Below, piece after piece: positions 54,060 to 64,000 of a DNA stretch of 64,000 nucleotides. The stretch is from the human T2T-CHM13v2.0 reference genome, Homo sapiens. Below the pieces are notes generated by a model. The model searched no databases. It saw nothing but the letters and a program-made list of their open reading frames with translations, and was not told where the DNA came from. Numbering within the stretch: the stretch's first letter is position 1; each line of letters begins with the position of its first letter. The position numbers and the translations under genes are program-made. The DNA is taken from NCBI RefSeq assembly GCF_009914755.1, contig NC_060932.1; one strand, given 5' to 3'.

Positions 54060-56157
54060 GAAGTTAATGTTTTCTTCACTTACTAGCTGTGTGACTTTGA
54101 AAACTTACTCCATATCTCCAAATTGGGTTGCCCTTATCTATAAAGTGGAAATAATATCAGTCACTGTCTCAGAGGGCAGTGGGGAAGCGTAAAGGAGGCT
54201 ATGAGGGCAAAGCACTTGGTATAGGGTTTGGGGCATGGAAATCACTCATTGACTATTGGGGGTTGGGAGAGGAAGGCCTAGAAGATAGCTTGCAGGTTTA
54301 TGTCTGGGTACCAATCACCAAAAAGGAGATTAGAAGAGTATTTGGGATTACTCTTTGGAGTTGCCACAAGATGGGTGTGGCTGCGTCTTTATAGATTCCA
54401 TGTCAATGAGTTATGGAATTCAGGCTACCCTGGGAAGCCCTTGGGCCTGTGTCTCTCTTCAACTGGGGCAGTTCCTTCTAGAAGGCTGACAGCTAGGAGC
54501 TGTTCATCAACAAGCATTCCCAAAGCTAGGGGAACAAGCCCTCTAGTCCTCAGTGCGGGATCTGATTGGCTCATAACACAGTACTCAAGGTTGTATACCC
54601 CAGTACTGTTGTATCTACTAGACTCATTTACATTCTCAAAGCAGCTCCTCTGGGAGTTTAATAGTCTCTTTTCTTGGGAGAAACTATAAAAAACTTGGAA
54701 GAAAAGGTAGTGGCCCTGTTGAGACATGTGGTCTTGAGTCCACAGCCGATACTTATTTCCTTCCTTTATGAACTGATCTAGATCTAGATTTTGCTAACCT
54801 TCCACTTTTATGATGGGTGGTTTATTGGTTGACCTCATGAAGGGCACAGACTCTTTCTCTTAGGGATGCTAGCACCTGGTTACTATGCCTGTGGAGTCAA
54901 CTGCCTCTGCCAAGATGGCAAGTCTTCTTGCTTGCTGTCCCCTTGACTCAAGGGGACTGAAATGAGATGGCAGCAGCAGCTTAAAATTCTCTTCCTGTGT
55001 CCCTCATGGAGGTGTATCTCTTTGGGAACCAGAAGCTCTAAATGCATGGAGCTCAGGGTTAAGATGAAAGGAAGCACAAATTCCCTGAGTGGCCACTGGG
55101 AGTGATGGTAAGCATGATCACTCCTGCTTCTAACCCTTGCTTCCAAGACCCATATATTCTTAATAGAGATAGAGCACCACATAATGGTTATTGTTTTAGT
55201 GTCTATAATGTGTCCTGGAGGATGACACGGTCCTTACTGGATATCATATCTGTTGGTGCCTCAGCTGAGTCTTTAATGGGCTATTTCATTGCTCTACTAG
55301 TCCAGCAGCTAGTTTCTAGGAGGGGTAGCATGGGATAGGTACAGGGGATACCATGTCATGTGTCCTTTGATGACAAGTGGGTTCCTTGCTCTGATGTGAT
55401 GTTATATGAGATGCTGTGTTGATGAAACAAACACTCTCAAAGCCCTCAGTTGAGGCTCTGCAGGAAAGAAAGACTGAGCCATATCCAGAATATATGGCAA
55501 TTCCCGATAAAATACCTTCCAGGACAGAAGGGCTCCAATAGAGTCAACCTGATACCCTGTGACTAGTTGTTCTTTTCAGTGTGTGGTTGGGCCTCTGCCT
55601 CGGCATCTATTACTGGCAGGCTAGACATGCAGCAGCTGCAAAATCTAGATTAGCCTTGATAAGTGGGAGCCCATGATCTTGGGCCTATTAATAGCATCCA
55701 TCTCTGCCTCTACAGCTGCTCCATTCATACACCCCTTGTGTCAGAGGCTGACTGATGTCAATTTGCTGAGTCTTTGTGTCCATTTGGCTTTTTGGTGGCT
55801 CTTTTATGGTGGATATTCTCTAGGGGATGTTAACGTGTAATATTTAGATCTTCCCACTTTATGTCTCCTGTTTGGTTCATCATATACCTCTACTATAGTT
55901 TTCCTAGTCCATGATATTCTGATAGACTTATTTCTAGGCACCTGACCAATCAGTTGAGGCATTTGCAACTGCCCATACATTCTTAGAAATGCTGAGCTAA
56001 CTTCAGGCCACTTTTCCTTCCACTCAAAGTAGTTCACCAAATGCACCACCTGAAAATAGGCCTAGTTGGAGGATTCCTTCTCAGCACTGTCCTTCAGGGG
56101 CACTTTAAAGTTCAAGTAGGCATATAGGACAGCTGCTGTCCATTTTCAGCTTGAACC

Positions 56158-58736
56158 TGTTAAAGGAAAAACTTCAGTTGAATTAAATTTAAAGGAGTTT
56201 AATTGAGTAATGAACGATTCACGAATTTGGCAGCCCTCAGAATCACAGCAGATTCAGAGAGACTCCAGGGATACCTCATGGTCAGAGCAAATTTATAAAC
56301 AGGAAAAGGGAAGTGGCACACAGAAAATTGGAAGTGAGGTACAGAAACAGCTGTATTGGTTACAGGTTGGTGTTTGCCTTATTTGAACACAGTTTGAACA
56401 CTCAGCAATGTATGAGTGGTTGAGGTATGGCCGCTGGGATTGGCAAAGACTCTGTTTTTGTTAGAGGGGCTTGCTCCTAAGTCAGGTTTTTAAGCTTGTC
56501 TACCTATTAAGTTAGATTACAGTTCATCCACAAGGACTCAAATAAAGAAATATGGAGTCCTTCTCAGGCCATTTTTAGTTCACTTTAGCAATTCCTCCTT
56601 TTTGGTCACTTTCTCTAGCCACCAAGACAGCATGGTACTGGTATGAAAATAGGCATATAGACCAATGGAACAAGAATAGAGAACCCGGAAATAAAGCCAA
56701 ATACTTATGGTCAACTGATCTTTGACAAACCAAACAAAAACGTAAAGTGGGGAAAGAATACCATATTCAATAAATGGTGCTGGGATAATTGGCAAGCCAC
56801 ATGTAGAAGAATGAAACTGGATTCTCATTTCTCACCTTATACAAAAATCAACAAGATGGATCAAAGGCTTAAATTTAAGAACTGAAACCATAAGAATTCT
56901 AGAAGACAACATTGGAAGAACCCTTTTAGACAATGGCTTAGGCAAAGACTTCATGACCAAGAACCCAAAAGCAAATGCAACTAAACAAAGGTAAATAGAT
57001 GGGACTTAATTAAATTAAAAAGCTTCTGCACAGCAAAACAAATAATCGACAGACAGACAACAATCAGTAAACAGACAAACCATAAAGTGGGAGAAAACGT
57101 TTGCAATCTATACATCTGACAAAGGACAAATGTTCAGAATCTGCAAGGAATTCAAACAAATTAGCAAAAAAAAAAAATTCCATCAAAAAGTAGGCTAAGG
57201 ACATGAATAGACAATTCTCAAAAGAAGATACATAAATGGCCAAGAAGCATATGGAAAAATGCTGAACATCACTAATTAGTAGGGAAATGCAAATCAAAAC
57301 CACAATACAGTACCACCTTACTTCTCAAGAATGGCCATTATCAAAAAATAAAAAATATAATTGGTGTTGGCCTGGATGTGGTGAAAAGGGAACACTTTTA
57401 CACTGTCGGTGGGAATGTAAACTAGTACAAGCTCTGTTGAAGACAGTATGGAAATTCCTTAAAGAACTAAAAGTAGCTCTACCATTTGATCCAGCAATCC
57501 CACTCCTGAGTATTTATCCAGAGGAAAAGAAGTCGTTATACGAAAAAGATACTTGCACATTCGTTATAGTAGCACAATTTGCAATTGCAAAAATATGAAA
57601 CCAGCCCAAATGCCTATTAATCAACTTGTGGATAAAAAAATGTGTGTGTATATATATATATATATATATGTATATACCATTGAATACTACTCAGCCATAC
57701 AAAGGAACAAAATAATGACATTTGCAGCAACCTCAATGGAATTGGAGACCATTATTCTAAGTGAAGTAACTCAGGAATGGAAAACCAAACATCGTATGTT
57801 TTCACTCATAAGTGGGAGCTAAACTATGAGGATGCAAAGGCATAAGGATGATACAATGGACTTTGGGGACTCAAGGGAAAGGGTGGAATGGGGTGAGGGA
57901 TAAAATACTATATATTGGGTACAGCGTACACTGCTCAGGTGATGGGTGCCCCTCAATCTCAGAAATTACACTAAAGAACTTATTCCTGTAGCCAAACACC
58001 ACCTATTCAACAAAAGCCTATTGAAATAAAAAAAGATTATAAAAAATGTACTCATTTGTAAAGCCCTTTCATATAAATTATGTTTTCTATAAAGAGATGA
58101 AAAAAAGGAAAAGATAATTTGGAAGCTGAAATTGGATTTTGGGAAGCCTATCAAATATATTAAAAGTTTAAAACACTTGATATTATGAAGTAGAATTCCA
58201 GGTAACCATAAGTCATTCATTTAGCCAAAATGATGACTGAAAATTGTTGAAAAAGGAAAACATTTACTTAATGACAGAGGGAAGACTTAGCTTTCCAAAC
58301 AATCTTCTGTTAAAAGAAAAACTTTAGCTGAATTAAATTTAAAGGAGTTTAATTGAGCAATGAATCATTTGTGAATCAGGGAGCCCTCAGAATCAGCAGA
58401 TTCATAAAGATTCCAGGGATGCCTGGTGGTCAGAACAAATTTATAAACAAAATAAGAGGCATGGTGTGCAGAAATTGGAAGTGAGATAGAGAAACAACTG
58501 TCTTGGTTGCAGGTTGACATTTGCCTTATTTGAATACAGTTTGAACACTCAACGGTGTATGAGTAGTTGAAACATGGCTACTGGAATTGGCCAAGACTGA
58601 CTATTATTACAGGCATATACTCCTAAGTTAGGTTTTCAATCTTGTCTACCTATTAAGTTAGGTTACAGTTCATCCACAAGGACTCAAATATAGAAGTATG
58701 GAGTCCTTCTCAGGCCATTTTTAGTTCACTTTAACA
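56158..58736 (-). mobile_element. MER57-like (MER4-group ERV1) provirus with two LTRs (56158-56590, 58308-58736) and almost no internal region
   Basis: Two ~430-bp direct repeats; polypurine tract next to the left LTR (56591-56615); 4-bp TSD aacc at 56154-56157 and 58737-58740. Confidence 0.85.
56616..58035 (+). mobile_element. L1PB-like 5'-truncated LINE-1
   Basis: ORF2 C-terminal remnants ([18 protein letters not shown]); L1PB-type 3'UTR ggactttggggactc...tacactgctcaggtgatgggtgc; A-rich tail. Confidence 0.88.
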
Positions 58737-60203
58737 AACCCAAATACCTAGCTGACCTATTCATGAACGGAACTTTTTATTTTTTCTTCTTGATTTTTGT
58801 TTCTCTCCACAAATGTAACCATATGTATTAGTAAGGGAAGGGGCACAGGTGCAACAATGGGACACATGGGGGTCCAGGTTACCTGCTCGTTCAGCCTGCT
58901 TTGTCTCTTCACTTCTGCTTATGCTTAATCTCCGTTATACCACTTGCATTTTACAATGGATTGCTGTAATCCATCATTCTCTGCTGAAAATGGAATGTCC
59001 TTGCTCCAGATCCCTGGAGGTCTGGGTTGTAATTCTCCCGTTGAAGCTTGTCATAAACTCCACACAGTATCCTTCCCCAAAATGGATACCTCTAGCATCA
59101 TAGGATATGGCTGCTATGGATGCATTGTATGGCTCACACATCAGGGCTGCTAGCACTTGAGCCTAAAACCTGCTCAAAATAGAATCCTCCCCTGCTCTAG
59201 GTCTCTCTCAAAGCTGGTAGCCTTCTGTGCTACCTGGTATTGGGAGCAGTATTCTCAGGTGCAATATGTTGCCTCTAAAACATAAATAGTTTTACCTTGC
59301 ATAGTACTTTCTTCTTTGTGCTGGACAGCGTGGGATGTGATAATTTGTTATTTTCTTAATGGGCATTTTCCAAAATGTCATAGACCACTGTACTCCTACA
59401 AATTGTATTAAAGGATCCCTGAATATCACATTGCCTGAAGCTCATGCATCTAATCAAGAACTTGTCGTACTCTTGGGAGCTCTGAAACTAGAATGGTTGA
59501 TTAGGGCTTTCTCCAGTTGGCATAACAGGGTCTGGCCTTTATTTCCCACAATGATTTATGTCCCCACAGTGAATACAGCTGTCTCAGGGTGAATTGGCTC
59601 TGTTCATGGGGACAATTACCTGAGAAGTCAGCAAAAAACCTTCACTGGAGGTGGGGGAGAAAGTCTTTAGTTTTTGAAGGGGGAATTTAGGTGATATAGC
59701 CCAGCATGACAAATTATTTCTGCAAATTTCTGTTTTCTCCTTTTAAATTTTTGATTTTTTTTTGAGTTTTAAATTTACTTTTTAGCCTCTATTGGTTTTT
59801 TATATGTGTGTAACTCTTGCACTTTAATTTTAATTTCAAAAATTTTAAATATTTTAAGTAGTCTCTCTCTTGATTTGCTTATGTAATAGTTGATAGGCAA
59901 AGTGGAAGCAGCAGAGATAAACATCCTTAAAAGGGGATCATAACAATCACCTTGAACTCTTTTTTTTACTGCCCTTTTGCTGCCCTCAGTGGAATTCTCC
60001 TTTTTTATAGTGTTATAAAAGCCATGATCCTCTCAGGAGATTTACTGGGCTGCAACTCTTTCCGGGGCCACAGACATCTTTTTGCAGACAGCTCTTGCGC
60101 ACTCCTGGCATGGAGATGTTTCTCATTGTCTCACCTATTTTAATTAAGAGGAATAATATTTGAAGTACATTAATATCCCTTTCTCTTTTGCATTTTCATG
60201 GCT

Positions 60204-60325
60204 TAATCTTCTTATTCAGATGGAACTCTCCATCTTACTGGAGATGAGGATAAGGAGGAGATAGGGCCTGGGATGGAGTTTAGGACTGCTATCATGAGAA
60301 TACAAAGAGAAGACATTAATAGTTA
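60204..60325. repeat. Dispersed direct repeat, copy 1 (122 bp)
   Basis: Matches 61897-62019 with 14 substitutions and 1 indel by manual alignment. Confidence 0.9.
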
Positions 60326-61268
60326 CCAGCTAGTATCTAAAAGAGGATTTGCAGCAAGACTGCCTTAAAATCTAGGTTCTGTGTAGAGATTGCATTAGCA
60401 TACTAAGAACTAAAGCTGGTAGTCAGTGAGCATTTATTTTCTACCCTGAGTGTAGAGAAAATATTTCCTTTAGCAATTCTAGGCTAAGGAACCTGCTCTC
60501 CTAGCAGATGGATGCTTTGGTGGAAGAATAAGCTGAGCCTAACCTGAGAAATGAAGAGAAGTAAAAGGGAGTCAGATAGGAGAGAGCAGAGCAGGCACTA
60601 GGGTTTTAATCAATTCCAACACTTGATATGAGAGTGACAGTTTAGAAACGTTCGGGTTGACACATGCATGTAGAAAACATCAGTGCTAGCGGCAAGTGAC
60701 CTGATTCCCCAGGTGGGTGGGCCTGCGAGACTCTAGGCACTAGAGCCTAGAAGAAGCCCTGAGCAGAGCATTTCCAACGTGGTGCAGGGATATGCCAAAC
60801 AGCAGTGTTGAAGGGAGGCAGGGCTCTGGTTTCTCTTTTCTGGGTTGAAGACCCTGAGGGAGGTATGTGCTGGATAAGACCAGGGAATATGGAGAGCAGA
60901 GGGGATGGCTTCAGTAGAGCATACTTGACATCCTGATTGGATAGCAGAGTTTCAGAGATTAGATCTTGGCCACTTTGGTTCTCATGCGTTTTGTTTGGGA
61001 CCTACCTTCTCCACAAGGGAGTTAGCTGAAAGTCTGATTTGAGGTCTTTCTGGAAAGTGTAGCCCTGAAGTCAAGCATTGTAGAATATACTGCCTGGGTC
61101 AAAATTAATTGGAAGTCACATCCAGGAATTAAGGAACGTTCAGAGCTGGGGAGAGTTGAAGTGGACGAAATAATTAGGGATGATCATAGTACCTGAGAGA
61201 AAAAGAGAGAGATTTCAAATTAGACAGCTAGAGAAAAGAGCAGGAAGGGAGCAAAGGAGAGGAAAAAG

Positions 61269-61299
<31 letters not shown>

Positions 61300-61896
61300 C
61301 TACAGTACACATCTGATTCAACAGCATCAAAGTAGAAATTGACAGTGAGGACCCACGTGACAGCAGAAAGACACCAAATGCAGTTTCAGACGCTGTAACT
61401 CTGCCCAGACCAGGTCATTTAAACCATGTCCCCCCATACACTCAAACACTGGTTTATAGGGGAGCAGAAGAGGGAAACAGAAATCTTTTAGCTTTACATG
61501 GGAAGAGTGAGCACTTACCCGAAGGAAGTTTTAAGTTATTGACTGTCCCCCTACCCCTGCATCACATACATTTCTCAACCGATAGGGCTTGTAAAAGAGA
61601 TCCAGTAAATTTAAAGACATTTTAAAAAGCAGATCTGTGTCCACTTGAATTAAACATTTGGACTTGGGTTAAGTAGAATCCAAGTTGTATGAATGACAAG
61701 AGTGGAAGGGCAAAAGGAGATGATATGTGAGGAAAGACCCTCCTAATATTGTTTTGGCCAAATATGTCCTTAAGCAATGTTGAGCTTCCTGAGGCATTCT
61801 TGGGGGAAAATCTATAGGTGCTGCTGTAAGAGCCATCTTAAAAACAAGTTCTAGATTACGGGAAATAAAACCTAGTTGACTCCCATTGGTAGATAG

Positions 61897-62019
61897 TAAT
61901 CTTTCTTATTCAGATGGAACCCTCTGTCTCACTGGAGATGAGGATTAGAAGGAGATAAGGCCTGGGATAGATGTTAGAACTGCTACCATGAGAATACAAA
62001 AAGAAGGCATTAATAGTTA
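61897..62019. repeat. Dispersed direct repeat, copy 2 (123 bp)
   Basis: See copy 1. Confidence 0.9.
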
Positions 62020-62366
62020 TTGATGGGAGAAGGGACGGTACTAACTGAAAAGAGACAATATCCTTTTGCCCTTTGAGCCAGTGCTCTGCTACTCACTGAG
62101 AAAGCTTTTGGGGCCAAGGGAGGCAGCTGAGACTGGGCTTCTTTAATACTTCGTACTGTTTTCCAAAGGAAAGATTAGGCAATGTAAAAGGTAATCTGAT
62201 TCAGACTGAAGGCCGTGGTATAGCTTCTCCCAGCTTCATAAACGTTTCTACTAGACTCCCACATGATTCATTTAGAGGGTTCAAATGATCAAGAGGTTCT
62301 TTTCTCAATGAAACCTGTTCCCCTCTAAAATGGCTTTTCAGTGTTCACTAAAAATCCAGTCTTAGG

Positions 62367-63435
62367 AGACAGTCTTTGCATAGTGTGTGGGACAAAAATA
62401 ATAATAATAATAAAAAGACCATGCAAACTGAATCTATGCAAAGCAATCTTAATAACTAATGAGAAAAATTACAATTGTCCTCAATTCTTAAAAATGTTAA
62501 AACACTAAAACTCTGTTACTGTAGGTTGGAAATATATAGCAAAATGAAAAAAAAGCTGGCTAAATTAATATTTACTTATAGCACCATAATTTAAAACATT
62601 AGAAACATTGATAATTGAATTCCATTATTTATTTGTAAAAAAAAAGTATCAAAAATAATTTGAACATGCTTGCCTTCTCATATAACTTAAAATGTAGAAT
62701 GAATATCTTTTCTATTGCGTGGTGAATTGTCACACTCTTTCCAAAGTTTGGATTAGCTTCCAGCAGTTTATCTTTTGTGCTTTTAATGTGAAATATTTCT
62801 GAGATGTCCTTTAATGTGAAGATTTTTCCTGGCATCACTTCCTCTATGACATCTTCCTCTTTTCTTTTTTGTCACAAATGCTTTGCTTATTTATATTGGT
62901 AAGTTGTTCACCTTAGCTAAATTCCACTGGCTGCATATCTAGACTCTCTTGAATGGCTGCGGTGTCAATATTCCCAGTCAGCTATGTCTTCTGTGCTGTG
63001 CATGTTTGATTTAAATTTTACTTATATTGTTATCGCTTTTAGTTTCTTCATTGCACTTTCATCTTTGTTGGCCAATTCTTTCTTTTGAGTATCTATTTTC
63101 ATGAAATGTGACATCGGTTTATTTCCAGCCGACCAGGAGGCAACACAACTACACACTGTGTGAACTGAACCTCAGATACCACTGGCCTGTCACCAACAGA
63201 TTTTGAAGCAAATGATGTGATTGTTCACCGATTATCAGTGCATCTGTTATTTACATAGTGATTTGTGAACTGACAAGTTAGCAGCAGTTTCTGCTTTATG
63301 CAATTGTTCTGTTAATAGACTGTGATTGTGGTAAGTGAAATTTAAACTGTGTTGTTGGGAAACTGTTGTTATTTAACTAACCTGTGATAATTGAAATTCA
63401 TGCATATTGGAACTGTGCAAAGTAAGAACAGCCTG
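62367..63435. mobile_element. Tigger6-like DNA transposon with transposase remnant on the minus strand
   Basis: Ends ctttgcatagt...gaccatgcaaactgaa and ggaactgtgcaaagtaagaacagcctg; ORF 62629..62838 (FTLKDISEIFH...KDKLLEANPN) resembles a Tigger transposase C-terminus. Confidence 0.7.
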
Positions 63436-63559
63436 CAAATAAAGCAATACTTTCTATACCTTCACCTTCTCAGAGGATTAGAACTTCAGGGTAACTCATT
63501 TTCTTTCTTTTTTTCTTAAATTGAGGTAAACTTTACATACAGTGAATGCACAGTTCTTT

Positions 63560-63644
63560 TTTTTATTTTTATTTTATTATTATTATACTTTAAGTTTTAG
63601 GGTACATGTGCACAACGTGCAGGTTTGTTACATATGTATACATA
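63560..63644 (-). mobile_element. 85-bp L1PA (L1PA3-5-like) 3' stub with 15-bp TSD
   Basis: ttatactttaagttttagggtacatgtgcacaacgtgcaggtttgttacatatgtatacat; TSD aatgcacagttcttt at 63545-63559 and 63645-63659. Confidence 0.92.
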
Positions 63645-64000
63645 AATGCACAGTTCTTTAGAGTACAATTAGATACATATACTAATTATATTTATTGTGC
63701 GTAACTGTTACCTGAATTCCATTCATTTCTTGACTCCTTTTTTCCTGCATGAAGATTTTTCTTCTGGAGTCTGTACAAATCACCATGAGACACTCCAGTT
63801 TGGGTACTATGACATAAAAAGTCAATAGATTATCCCATGTGGGGTTTGATGAGTTTGGGGAGCCTTTTTATTTGGGCCAGATCACTCAACAACAGCTGCA
63901 GTGTTTGAGCCACCAAATCTTAAGAAGAAAAACTGTATTCTTATGATTAGATTTTTTGAAAATTGCCACTTCTTAAGATTCCTTTTAAAAATGTGGTTCA

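Larger units (their letters stand above)
54400..59560 (-). mobile_element. Ancient ERVL-class provirus remnant (LTR16/33-like LTR ~54400-54600 plus pol RNase H/integrase), split by a MER57-like insertion
   Basis: Minus-strand remnants LKDSAEKESSQ, VHLVNYFEWKEKWPEV and WAVAN...WSG match the ERVL RNase H region; reading continues across the 56158-58736 insertion (PFMNRSARYLG|SS*KWTAAV). Confidence 0.75.

Overview
This window is primate (very likely human) genomic DNA. It is AT-rich, CpG-depleted and dominated by repeats, with no recognisable spliced protein-coding gene, RNA gene or CRISPR array. Most ORFs in the track are by-products of Alu, L1 or LTR sequence. The only gene-derived feature is an intronless IFITM2/3-like retrocopy (36166-36829, +). 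It has an uninterrupted 132-codon ORF, an AATAAA signal, a poly(A) tail and a short target-site duplication (TSD), and it still carries a consensus ISRE at its 5' end. Other structure worth a look: two L1 elements that keep both ends but lack their interior (an L1PA7-like copy with perfect 16-bp TSDs and an old L1M copy), a three-level nest (ERVL pol > two-LTR MER57-like provirus > L1PB), a degenerate CTCACAG array next to a hairpin, a 122-bp dispersed direct repeat around an ancient segment, a CR1/L3 endonuclease fossil, and candidate regulatory sites (CTCF, nuclear-receptor cluster, CRE). Repeat-family names come from recalled consensus sequences and need RepeatMasker/Dfam confirmation. I see no evidence of a new multi-gene system. 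The IFITM retrocopy is the best candidate for unrecognised function.
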